From Dehalococcoidia bacterium (GTDB lineage Bacteria > Chloroflexota > Dehalococcoidia > UBA6926), in contig CAXXET010000004.1 in NCBI GenBank assembly GCA_963666115.2, positions 384,001-448,000 on the forward strand: DNA of 64,000 bases. Reading direction: 5' to 3'. Below, in pieces: positions 55,806 to 64,000 of the stretch. Both the position numbers and the translations under genes were made by a program. Numbering within the stretch: position 1 is the stretch's first letter; every line of letters starts with the position of its first letter. Under the pieces are notes generated by a model that searched no databases, was not told where the DNA came from, and saw nothing but the letters and a program-made list of their open reading frames with translations.

Positions 55806-56651
55806 ATGACTCACTCACAATCAGCATCCTCCACCACGGCCGGGGCCGAGGATTACTCATTCAACGCATTCGCCCGGCAGCCGTTCTACCAGGAAGAGAA
55901 CAGCCGGCTGGTCGATCTCATCGGCTTGCAGAGCGGGAACCGGGTCATCGACCTGGCATGCGGCCCGGGCGAGATCACGCGGAAGATCCTGGACAAGGTG
56001 CGCGGCGGGGATGCATGGATCCTTGGCGTTGATATGTCGCCTGAGACGCTTGAGGAGGCGCGGCGGCAGTTCACGGACGTGACCGACGCCGAGGTCTCGT
56101 TTCAAAACGCCCGGGCGGAGGACCTGACACGCGTGGTCTCGGAGCCGGTTGACGCGGTGGTTTTCTGCAATGCGATACACCTGGTGGACAACAAGCCGGA
56201 CGTGCTCACGGGAATCTCCGGGGCGCTCAAGCCCGGCGGGCTTTTCGCGTTCAACAGCACGTTTTACTCGGGTTCCATCGTGGAGGGCACGGACCCGTTC
56301 TACCGCCGATGGATGATGCGCTCTCTGCGCCTGCTCAAGTCGGAGCATGGTCTGAGCCCTGTGAAGAACAAGGTGATGGCGCGGCAGCAGTTGACAGCGG
56401 AGGAATACAAGGCGCTGCTGACAGACGCGGGTTTCAGCATCCGGGATGAGCGCGTTATTCCAATTGAAGTGCCGATCGAGGGGTGGCTTTCGATCTGCTC
56501 GTTCTCGGATTTCGTGGAGGGGGCGCTGCCGGGGGTGCAGATAGAAACGGCGAGCGACGTGCTGCGCGCAACCATCCACGAGATTTTCCGCGACATGGAG
56601 TTGTCCTTCGTTCCCCGCAACTGGCTCGAAATCGTAGCCGTGCGCGATTAG
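55806..56651 (+). CDS. Class I SAM-dependent methyltransferase
   Basis: VIDLACGPG, GVDMS, DAVVFCNAIH, LKPGG. Confidence 0.9.
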   Translation: MTHSQSASSTTAGAEDYSFNAFARQPFYQEENSRLVDLIGLQSGNRVIDLACGPGEITRKILDKVRGGDAWILGVDMSPETLEEARRQFTDVTDAEVSFQNARAEDLTRVVSEPVDAVVFCNAIHLVDNKPDVLTGISGALKPGGLFAFNSTFYSGSIVEGTDPFYRRWMMRSLRLLKSEHGLSPVKNKVMARQQLTAEEYKALLTDAGFSIRDERVIPIEVPIEGWLSICSFSDFVEGALPGVQIETASDVLRATIHEIFRDMELSFVPRNWLEIVAVRD

Positions 56652-56685
56652 CGGCACGGCACGCCGCCGGACGGAGACCTATCCG

Positions 56686-57210
56686 ATGCCGGACATCACT
56701 CCAGACGAGTTTCGCCGTGTGATGGGACGGTTCGCCACCGGCGTGACCGTCGTTACGACGCGCGCGGGGGATGACGCGCATGGGACGACGATGAGCGCAG
56801 TCTGTTCTGTGTCCTTGCAGCCGCAGCTCGTGCTCGTCTGCGTCGACCACGCATCCGACATTCACGCGCTCATCCACGAGAGCGGCGTCTTCGCCGTGAA
56901 TATCCTGCACGAGGGGCAGGCGGATTTGGCCGCCCAGTTGTCCCACAAGGGCACAGCCGAACTGCTGGCGGCACATCGACTGGAAAACCTGCCGCATCGA
57001 ACCGGCGAGTCGGGCGCGCCGCTCCTGGAGGACAGCCTGGCCCACGTGGAATGCCGCGTTGAGAACACTGTCGAGGCGGGGGATCACACGATATACGTTG
57101 GGGTTGTCGTGGGGGCGGGGGTGAACGGGGGGGCGGAGAGGCCGCTGCTGCATTATGAGGGGGAGTACCGGGGGTTAGGGGATCATAGATTCCCGCTTTC
57201 GCGGGAATGA
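56686..57210 (+). CDS. Flavin reductase family protein
   Basis: FRRVMGRFATGVTVVT, SVSL.P, FAVNIL, GDHTIYVG, PLLHY; the stop lies inside a family B repeat. Confidence 0.92.
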   Translation: MPDITPDEFRRVMGRFATGVTVVTTRAGDDAHGTTMSAVCSVSLQPQLVLVCVDHASDIHALIHESGVFAVNILHEGQADLAAQLSHKGTAELLAAHRLENLPHRTGESGAPLLEDSLAHVECRVENTVEAGDHTIYVGVVVGAGVNGGAERPLLHYEGEYRGLGDHRFPLSRE

Positions 57211-57233
57211 CGAAGTGGGCGCGGGAATGACGG
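57187..57233 (+). repeat. Family B repeat with duplicated 3' half
   Basis: AGATTCCCGCTTTCGCGGGAATGAC...CGCGGGAATGACGG. Confidence 0.9.
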
Positions 57234-57243
57234 AGTTCGTTTG

Positions 57244-57272
57244 TTGACACGGATTCCGTTCCTACCTACAAT
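57244..57272 (+). promoter_or_regulatory. Sigma70-type promoter of the str/S10 ribosomal operon
   Basis: TTGACA-17-TACAAT. Confidence 0.75.
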
Positions 57273-57412
57273 TTGAAATCGCGCCCCCATAGCGGGACGC
57301 AGGGTTTTTGTGCCCGTTTTTCGCGTTGCGAAACACGCCGGATGAAACGCCCAGTGGAACGCGCCCTGCCCGCACGCGCGAAACGCGGGGCGGGAGCAAG
57401 GAAAGCGACAGG

Positions 57413-57823
57413 ATGCCGACAGTCAATCAACTGGTACGGAAGGGGCGAAAGCGCCCGCGGACGAAGTCGAAAGCGCCCGCGCTGCAGGTGAGCTACAACG
57501 CTCTGACCAATCGGGTCGTGCGGAACCAGCCGTCGCCGCAGAAGCGCGGCGTGTGCACGCAGGTGCGGACGATGACACCCAAGAAGCCGAACTCCGCGCT
57601 GCGCAAGATCGCCCGTGTCCGGCTGACGAACGGCACCGAAGTGACGGCGTATATCCCGGGCGAGGGGCACAACCTGCAGGAGCACTCGACGGTGCTCATA
57701 CGCGGGGGCCGCGTGAAGGATCTTCCGGGCGTGCGCTACCACATCATCCGCGGCGCTTTGGACTCGGGCGGCGTGAACGGGCGCAAGCGGGGCCGAAGCA
57801 AGTACGGGGCGAAGAGCAGCTAG
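57413..57823 (+). CDS. rpsL: 30S ribosomal protein S12
   Basis: [33 protein letters not shown]. Confidence 0.98.
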   Translation: MPTVNQLVRKGRKRPRTKSKAPALQVSYNALTNRVVRNQPSPQKRGVCTQVRTMTPKKPNSALRKIARVRLTNGTEVTAYIPGEGHNLQEHSTVLIRGGRVKDLPGVRYHIIRGALDSGGVNGRKRGRSKYGAKSS

Positions 57824-57827
57824 GGCC

Positions 57828-58295
57828 ATGTCACGACGTCGACGGGCGGTCAAACGCCCGATACTTCCCGATCCACGCTACGGCAGCGTCCTGGTGACGC
57901 GGTTCACGAACCGCGTGATGCAGCGAGGCAAGAAGAACACGGCGCGGCGGATTGTGTACGGGGCGCTGGCGAATATCGCCACGAACGGGGACGACCCAAT
58001 CGAGACGTTTGAACGGGCAGTACGCAATGCGACGCCGCTGCTGCAGGTTCGGCCCCGGCGCGTGGGCGGCGCAACGTACCAGGTGCCCGTTGAAGTGCGA
58101 GGCGAACGCGGTTTGACGCTTTCCATGCGATGGATCATCGACTCCGCGCGACAACGGAGCGGGCGACCGATGCTCGACAAGCTGACGACGGAGATCGTGG
58201 AGGCGGCGCAGGGACAGGGCAACGCGGTTCGCCGCCGCGAAGAGATGCACCGCATGGCAGAAGCCAACCGCGCCTTTGCGCACTACCGTTGGTGA
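57828..58295 (+). CDS. rpsG: 30S ribosomal protein S7
   Basis: RRVGGATYQVPVEV, MAEANRAFAHYRW. Confidence 0.98.
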   Translation: MSRRRRAVKRPILPDPRYGSVLVTRFTNRVMQRGKKNTARRIVYGALANIATNGDDPIETFERAVRNATPLLQVRPRRVGGATYQVPVEVRGERGLTLSMRWIIDSARQRSGRPMLDKLTTEIVEAAQGQGNAVRRREEMHRMAEANRAFAHYRW

Positions 58296-58331
58296 AGCGG
58301 ACTATCTGACACAGCGCAAGGGAAAACAGTC

Positions 58332-60422
58332 ATGTCCACCGACTTACCACTCTCCAAGATTCGCAATATCGGCTTCATCGCGCATATCGACGCCGGCAAG
58401 ACAACGGTGTCCGAGCGCGTGCTGTATTTCACGGGCCGGACGTACAAGCTGGGCACCGTTGACGAGGGCACGGCGGTGATGGACTGGATGCCGCAGGAAA
58501 AGGAACGCGGCATTACCATCGTGTCCGCAGCGACGACCGTGGACTGGAAGGGTTTTACAGTCAACATCATCGACACGCCCGGACACGTCGATTTCACCGC
58601 GGAGGTTGAGCGCAGCCTCCGCGTTCTCGATGGGGGTGTTGTCATTCTCGACGCCAATGCGGGCGTCGAGCCGCAGTCGGAGACTGTGTGGCGACAGGCG
58701 GACAGGTACCACGTGCCGCGCGTTGTTTTTGTGAACAAGATGGACAAGATCGGGGCGGATTTCTTCGCGTCGATCGATTCGATTCACGTGCGCCTGAACG
58801 CCATTCCCGTGCCGGTACAGATTCCGTGGGGGAAGGAAGATGATTTCCGCGGGGTCATCGATCTCATCCGGCAGGTCGCCATCACGTGGGAGGACGCGGA
58901 CGGGGCGACGATGGTGGAGCAGCCGATTCCGGACGAGTTGATGGATGACGCCGCCCGCTACCGCGACGCGATGATCGAGCGGGCGGCTGAGCAGGACGAT
59001 GAGCTGCTGGTCAAGTACCTCGAAGGGGAGGAGTTGACCGAGGAGGAGATTCGCAAGGGGCTGCGCGCCGGCACGGTGAAGATGGCCATCTATCCCGTCT
59101 TCTGCGGCACGGCGCTCCGCAACAAGGGCGTGCAGCCGCTGGTCGACGCCATCACCGATTATTTGCCATCCCCGCTGGACGTGCCCCCGGTGCAGGGAAC
59201 CGACCCGCGCGACGAGGACGTTGTGATGGAGCGCGCGCCGGACCCGTCCGAGCCGTTCTCCGCGCTCGCGTTCAAGGTTGTCACCGATCCATTCGCGGGC
59301 CGGCTCGTCTACCTGCGGGTCTACTCCGGCACGTGCAAGGCCGGGGCGACGGTTCTCAACACGAGCAAGCAGGGGCGAGAACGACTGGGACGTCTTATCC
59401 AGATGCACTCCAATCACCGGGAGGAACTCGAGGAGGCGACAGCGGGGAATATCGTCGCCGCCGTCGGGCTCAAGGACACTTTTACCGGCGATACGATCAG
59501 CGCCGTGAACAGCCCCGTCATTCTTGAATCCATTCGCTTCCCGGAGCCGGTCGTGTCCGTGGCCATCGAGCCAAAGACGCGGGAGGAAGAGGAGAAGCTG
59601 GTAGACGCCCTGGTCAAGCTGGGGCAGGAAGACCCGACGTTCCGGTCGTCGCACGACCTGGAGACGGGCCAGACGGTTATTTCCGGCATGGGCGAGCTTC
59701 ATATCGAAGTTATCGTGGACCGCCTCAAGCGCGAGTTTCGCGTCGACGCGCGGACAGGCAGGCCGCAGGTGGCGTATCGCGAGACGATCACGCGGCCGGC
59801 GCGGGCGGAGGGCCGCTACGTGCGGCAGACGGGCGGACGCGGGCAGTACGGCCACGTGTGGCTTGAGGTTGAGCCGCTGGAGCCTGGGAGCGGCATCGAG
59901 TTCGTGAACAAGATCGTGGGCGGCGCGGTGCCACGCGAGTACATCCCCGCCGTTGAGCAGGGCGCGCGGGAGGCGGCGCAGAACGGCCAGTTGACGGGAT
60001 TCCCGATTGTCGATCTCCGCATCACCGTCGATGACGGGTCTTTCCACGAGGTGGACTCGTCCGAGATGGCGTTCAAGATGGCGGGGTCGATGGGATTCAA
60101 GGCCGCTATCGGCCGGGCGCATCCGGTGGCGCTTGAACCGATCATGAAGGTAGAGGTTGTTGGGCCTGCGGCGTCCATCGGCGACGTGATGGGCGACTTG
60201 CAGAGCCGGCGGGCGCAGGTGCAGGGCATGGAGAGCCGGGGCGATCTAGGAATCGTGACGGCATTCGTTCCCCTTGCGGAGATGTTCGGGTATGCTACAT
60301 CTCTGCGCTCCGCCACGCAGGGGCGGGCAAGCTACAGCATGGAGTTCGATCACTACAGCCACGTCCCGCACCAGGTGGTGGAAACTCTCACGCGGCGTCC
60401 GGCAAGCGTCGGGGCGCGCTAG
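58332..60422 (+). CDS. fusA: Elongation factor G
   Basis: [42 protein letters not shown]. Confidence 0.98.
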   Translation: MSTDLPLSKIRNIGFIAHIDAGKTTVSERVLYFTGRTYKLGTVDEGTAVMDWMPQEKERGITIVSAATTVDWKGFTVNIIDTPGHVDFTAEVERSLRVLDGGVVILDANAGVEPQSETVWRQADRYHVPRVVFVNKMDKIGADFFASIDSIHVRLNAIPVPVQIPWGKEDDFRGVIDLIRQVAITWEDADGATMVEQPIPDELMDDAARYRDAMIERAAEQDDELLVKYLEGEELTEEEIRKGLRAGTVKMAIYPVFCGTALRNKGVQPLVDAITDYLPSPLDVPPVQGTDPRDEDVVMERAPDPSEPFSALAFKVVTDPFAGRLVYLRVYSGTCKAGATVLNTSKQGRERLGRLIQMHSNHREELEEATAGNIVAAVGLKDTFTGDTISAVNSPVILESIRFPEPVVSVAIEPKTREEEEKLVDALVKLGQEDPTFRSSHDLETGQTVISGMGELHIEVIVDRLKREFRVDARTGRPQVAYRETITRPARAEGRYVRQTGGRGQYGHVWLEVEPLEPGSGIEFVNKIVGGAVPREYIPAVEQGAREAAQNGQLTGFPIVDLRITVDDGSFHEVDSSEMAFKMAGSMGFKAAIGRAHPVALEPIMKVEVVGPAASIGDVMGDLQSRRAQVQGMESRGDLGIVTAFVPLAEMFGYATSLRSATQGRASYSMEFDHYSHVPHQVVETLTRRPASVGAR

Positions 60423-60443
60423 GCGGGGCTACTGGATAGAAAC

Positions 60444-60770
60444 ATGACGACAACGACGGTACGGCAACGGCAGAAGATACGGATCACGCTGAAGGCGTTC
60501 GACCACCGCCTGCTGGATGCGTCTGCCGTGCAGATCGTGGAGGCTGCGGAGGGGACGGGCGCGCAGGTGTCCGGGCCGATTCCGCTGCCGACGCGCATCA
60601 AGCGGTTCACCGTGATTCGCTCCCCGCACGTGGACAAGGATTCGCGCGAGCAGTTCGAGATACGGACGCATAAGCGAATCGTCGATATTCTCGACCCGAC
60701 ATCACGCACCATCGATTCGCTGACGCACCTGGATTTGCCGGCGGGCGTCAGTATCGAGATCAGTTCATAG
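60444..60770 (+). CDS. rpsJ: 30S ribosomal protein S10
   Basis: [29 protein letters not shown]. Confidence 0.98.
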   Translation: MTTTTVRQRQKIRITLKAFDHRLLDASAVQIVEAAEGTGAQVSGPIPLPTRIKRFTVIRSPHVDKDSREQFEIRTHKRIVDILDPTSRTIDSLTHLDLPAGVSIEISS

Positions 60771-60794
60771 GAATCACGCCAGGTATTTTCGACA

Positions 60795-61427
60795 ATGCTC
60801 TCCGCACTCTTAGGAACCAAGCTCGGCATGACGCAGTACATCCATGAGGATGGGACGGTGTCCGCCGTGACTGCCATCCGGGTGGGGCCGTGTACGGTGA
60901 CGCAGGTCAAGACGGCGGCGACGGACGGCTATGACGCAGTGCAGATCGGCTACGGGGAGATTCCCGAACGCAAGCTGAACGGGCCGCGTCTCGGCCACCT
61001 TTCCAAGAATGACATCAGCCCGCTGCGGCACCTCCGGGAGGTGCGGGCGCAGGGCGATATGCCCGAGGTTGGAACCGTCGTGACGGCGGACCAGGTCTTT
61101 GAGGCCGGGGAGCAGGTCGACCTGACGGCGCGGTCCAAGGGCAAGGGTTTCGCGGGCGGGGTGAAGCGCTGGCATTTCCGCGGCGGCCCCAAGACGCACG
61201 GACAGGGCGACCGATGGCGAGCGCCGGGCTCGGTTGGGGCGGGCACGACGCCGGGGCGGGTTCGCAAGGGCTTGAAGATGGCCGGCCAGATGGGCAATAA
61301 ACGAACGACACAGAAGAGCGGTCTCGTTGTGGCCGTGGACGCGGAGCGCAACCTGGTGTTTGTGCGCGGCTCCGCGCCTGGGGCGCCGGACGGAATCGTC
61401 CTGGTGCGCAAGAAGGCGAGCCGCTGA
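60795..61427 (+). CDS. rplC: 50S ribosomal protein L3
   Basis: KLGMTQ, DGYDAVQ, SKGKGF.G, RAPGS, MAGQMG. Confidence 0.97.
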   Translation: MLSALLGTKLGMTQYIHEDGTVSAVTAIRVGPCTVTQVKTAATDGYDAVQIGYGEIPERKLNGPRLGHLSKNDISPLRHLREVRAQGDMPEVGTVVTADQVFEAGEQVDLTARSKGKGFAGGVKRWHFRGGPKTHGQGDRWRAPGSVGAGTTPGRVRKGLKMAGQMGNKRTTQKSGLVVAVDAERNLVFVRGSAPGAPDGIVLVRKKASR

Positions 61428-61428
61428 T

Positions 61429-62073
61429 ATGGAAGTTGACGTCCTGAATACAAGCGGGCAGGTCGTTGAGCGCGCGGAAGTAAGCGACCTGCTCTTCAAT
61501 GCGCCGATCTACGAGGCGCTGGTTCACCAGGCGCTCGTGCGGCAGCACGCAAACGCCCGCCAGGGCACGCACTCCGCCAAGACGCGCGCCGAGGCGCGCG
61601 GCGGGGGGCGCAAGCCGTGGCGGCAGAAGTATACGGGCCGATCGCGGCAGGGCAGCATCCGCTCCCCCCTGTGGCGTCACGGCGGCGTGACGTTCGGCCC
61701 CAAGCCCCGCGACTACCGGCAGGATTTACCGGTTCGCATGAGGCGGCAGGCGCTGCGGAGCGTGCTCACGAGCAAGCTGGCGGAGGGCGACCTGATCATC
61801 GTCGACAGCTTCGGGCTGGAGAGGCCGCGCACGAAGGACGTCGTGGCGGCGCTCGCGAGTCTTGAGGTCAGTTCCCCTGCCCTGCTGGTGACGGCGGAGC
61901 CGGAGGAGAACCTGATTCGCTCGGCGCACAACGTGCCGCGGGTGAAGACGCTGCCGGCACGGTATTTGAACATTGGAGACTTGCTGGCGCATCGCAAGCT
62001 GGTGATCACGCTGGACGGTGTCCGCAGCGCGGAAGAGCTGTGGGCGAAGAGCGGCAGAAAGGCGGAGCGGTAG
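61429..62073 (+). CDS. rplD: 50S ribosomal protein L4
   Basis: RQGTHSAKTR, KPWRQK.TGR.RQGS, FGPKPRDY. Confidence 0.97.
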   Translation: MEVDVLNTSGQVVERAEVSDLLFNAPIYEALVHQALVRQHANARQGTHSAKTRAEARGGGRKPWRQKYTGRSRQGSIRSPLWRHGGVTFGPKPRDYRQDLPVRMRRQALRSVLTSKLAEGDLIIVDSFGLERPRTKDVVAALASLEVSSPALLVTAEPEENLIRSAHNVPRVKTLPARYLNIGDLLAHRKLVITLDGVRSAEELWAKSGRKAER

Positions 62074-62075
62074 TC

Positions 62076-62366
62076 ATGGATCTGCATCCGCTGGAAGTCT
62101 TGCGCCGCCCCGTGATCACGGAGAAGTACACGTCGCTCCAAGACCGGGGCAAGTATGCATTTGAGGTGCATCGCAAGGCCAACAAGAAGCAGATACGCGA
62201 GGCGGTGGAGGTTGCATTCCGCGTGCGCGTGTCCAGCGTGAACGTGATGAACGTGAAGGGCAAGACCAAGCGCGCCGGACTGAAGGTTTACCAGACGAAG
62301 CCGTGGAAGAAGGCGGTGGTGACGTTGCAGGCGGGCGAGCGCATCGAGGTCTTCGAGGGCGTGTAA
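62076..62366 (+). CDS. rplW: 50S ribosomal protein L23
   Basis: [25 protein letters not shown]. Confidence 0.97.
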   Translation: MDLHPLEVLRRPVITEKYTSLQDRGKYAFEVHRKANKKQIREAVEVAFRVRVSSVNVMNVKGKTKRAGLKVYQTKPWKKAVVTLQAGERIEVFEGV

Positions 62367-62376
62367 GGCGAGAGCG

Positions 62377-63222
62377 ATGGCAGTCAAGACAGTCAAACCC
62401 ACATCGCCCGGCCGCCGCGGCATGGTGCTGGACGCCTTCGACGACATCGACAAGGTGCGGCCTGAGAAGACGCTGCTGGAGCCGCTGAAGAGCAACGCGG
62501 GGCGGAATCATTCGGGCCGCATTACCGTTCGCCACCGGGGCGGCGGCGTGAAGCGTTCATACCGCGTTGTCGATTTCAAGCGCAATAAGCACGGCGTTCC
62601 GGCGTCCGTCAAGACGATCGAATACGACCCCAACCGCTCGTCGCGGATCGCGCTGCTGCACTACCACGACGGGGAAAAGCGTTATATCATTGCCCCTCTT
62701 GGGCTGCAACGCGGCGACGTGCTGCAGTCCGGCCCGGAGGCCGAGGTTCGCGTCGGCAATGCCCTGCCGCTGGGAGTGATCCCAACGGGCACGACAGTGC
62801 ACAACATCGAGATTCATCTCGGCAAGGGCGGGCAGCTTGTCCGCGGGGCGGGCACGGGCGCGCAGGTCATGGCGCATGAGGACAAGTACACGCTGATCCG
62901 GCTGCCCTCCGGTGAACTGCGGCGCGTGCTCTCCGCCTGCTATGCGACCATCGGGCAGGTCGGAAACCCCGACCACAAGAACCTGTCCTGGGGCAAGGCG
63001 GGACGGAAGCGCCTCAAGGGATGGCGCCCGACGGTGCGCGGGTCCGCAATGTCGCCGCGGGATCACCCGCACGGCGGCGGCGAGGGACGCTCGCCAATCG
63101 GGATGCCGGGACCGAAATCGCCGTGGGGCAAGCCGACACTCGGCAAGCGGACACGGAGGAACAAGAAGACGGACGTGTTCATCGTGCGTCGACGGGGCGG
63201 CCGCAGAGGCTCGCGCCGCTAG
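62377..63222 (+). CDS. rplB: 50S ribosomal protein L2
   Basis: RHRGGG, EYDPNRS, RPTVRG..M...DHPHGGGEG. Confidence 0.98.
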   Translation: MAVKTVKPTSPGRRGMVLDAFDDIDKVRPEKTLLEPLKSNAGRNHSGRITVRHRGGGVKRSYRVVDFKRNKHGVPASVKTIEYDPNRSSRIALLHYHDGEKRYIIAPLGLQRGDVLQSGPEAEVRVGNALPLGVIPTGTTVHNIEIHLGKGGQLVRGAGTGAQVMAHEDKYTLIRLPSGELRRVLSACYATIGQVGNPDHKNLSWGKAGRKRLKGWRPTVRGSAMSPRDHPHGGGEGRSPIGMPGPKSPWGKPTLGKRTRRNKKTDVFIVRRRGGRRGSRR

Positions 63223-63266
63223 GCAGACGGAACGAGAACGGACGAGAACAGGAACGCTGAGGAACA

Positions 63267-63545
63267 ATGTCGCGATCAGTCAAGAAGGGGCCGTACATCG
63301 AGCCCAAGCTCTTGCGCAAGGTGACGGTGGCGCAGCAGACGAACTCGCGGGCGGTGATCCGCACGTGGTCGCGCGCGTCAACCATCGTGCCGGAGATGGT
63401 GGGGCTGAACATGGCGGTGCATGACGGCCGGCGGCATATTCCGCTGTTCATCACGGAGAACATGGTGGGTCACAAGCTGGGCGAGTTCGCGCCAACACGG
63501 ACATTCCGCGGCCACGTTCGCAATGAGCGGCAGGCGAGGCGGTAG
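63267..63545 (+). CDS. rpsS: 30S ribosomal protein S19
   Basis: [29 protein letters not shown]. Confidence 0.98.
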   Translation: MSRSVKKGPYIEPKLLRKVTVAQQTNSRAVIRTWSRASTIVPEMVGLNMAVHDGRRHIPLFITENMVGHKLGEFAPTRTFRGHVRNERQARR

Positions 63546-63562
63546 GACGGGGAGGCGCTCTG

Positions 63563-63904
63563 ATGCAGGTAACAGCCCGGGCACGCCGCATGTCACTCTC
63601 CGTGCGGAAGCTGCACGTCATCACGCAGATGCTGCCCGGCATGTACGTGGAGGACGCGCTGACGCAGCTACAGTTCATGGCGAGTCCGTGGGCGAAGGAG
63701 GTCGCGAAGGTGGTGCGCTCCGCAGCGGCGAACGCGGAGAACAACTACGAGCTGGACCCGAGCATGCTGCGGATCACGCGGATGGACATCGGGCCGGCGG
63801 AGACGCTGCGGCGCTACAAGCCGAGGGCGCGGGGACAGGCCGGCAAGCATTTTCGCAGGCACAGCAATCTGACGGTCATCGTGGATGACGAGGAGAACGG
63901 CTAA
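63563..63904 (+). CDS. rplV: 50S ribosomal protein L22
   Basis: [14 protein letters not shown]; expected position in the S10 operon. Confidence 0.95.
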   Translation: MQVTARARRMSLSVRKLHVITQMLPGMYVEDALTQLQFMASPWAKEVAKVVRSAAANAENNYELDPSMLRITRMDIGPAETLRRYKPRARGQAGKHFRRHSNLTVIVDDEENG

Positions 63905-64000
63905 TGGGTCATAAGGTTCACCCGTTTGGGTTCCGCCTCGGGTACATCCGCGATTGGCAGACACATTGGTTCGCGGACCGGGCGGAGCAGTACCGGACGA
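63904..64000 (+). CDS. rpsC: 30S ribosomal protein S3 (5' part, truncated by the window)
   Basis: [24 protein letters not shown]. Confidence 0.95.
   Translation, partial: MGHKVHPFGFRLGYIRDWQTHWFADRAEQYRT

Noticed and set aside
58344-60122. Long antisense ORFs (592 aa opposite fusA, 493 aa opposite plsX, 348 aa opposite the oxidoreductase, and others)
   Set aside because: Shadow ORFs expected from high-GC codon bias opposite well-supported genes.
1-64000. tRNA, rRNA, IS transposase or prophage genes
   Set aside because: None recognised by eye; a tRNAscan-SE, Infernal and ISEScan run would be needed to exclude them formally.

Overview
GC-rich bacterial chromosome segment. Gene content and order (str/S10 cluster with fusA followed directly by rpsJ, T-box-controlled trp operon, several enoyl-CoA hydratases, MaoC and Mo-hydroxylase genes, PaREP1-like and FN3-repeat proteins) suggest a Chloroflexota (Dehalococcoidia/SAR202-like) organism; this is inference. 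Core genes include dut, uvrC, xerD, lgt, recJ, fabF, mfd, fabG, plsX, trpEGDCFB, holB, lysA, rpsU and rpsL to rpsC. Main observations: (1) two genes that the ORF track splits at an in-frame TGA are very likely selenoproteins (a rhodanese/sulfurtransferase with Y-U-QGGIRA and a PrdB/GrdB-like protein with U-P-I-C), each with a hairpin starting exactly 10 nt after the UGA. (2) About 16 short palindromic repeats of three related families all point the same way, most are followed by a duplicate of their own 3' half, they delimit a cassette-like accessory array at 45.2-49.3 kb, one sits in frame inside a gene, and flanking coding DNA appears C-depleted on the + strand. This may be a repeat-guided gene-shuffling and local mutagenesis system. 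(3) An orphan restriction-modification controller (C) protein with tandem C-boxes, a PaREP1/HsdR-N/PaREP1 island, hicAB and a candidate antisense sRNA after trpB. Frameshifts in the MFS gene and trpD fall mostly in homopolymer runs and are probably sequencing errors. All family assignments are by motif recognition only; no database searches were run.
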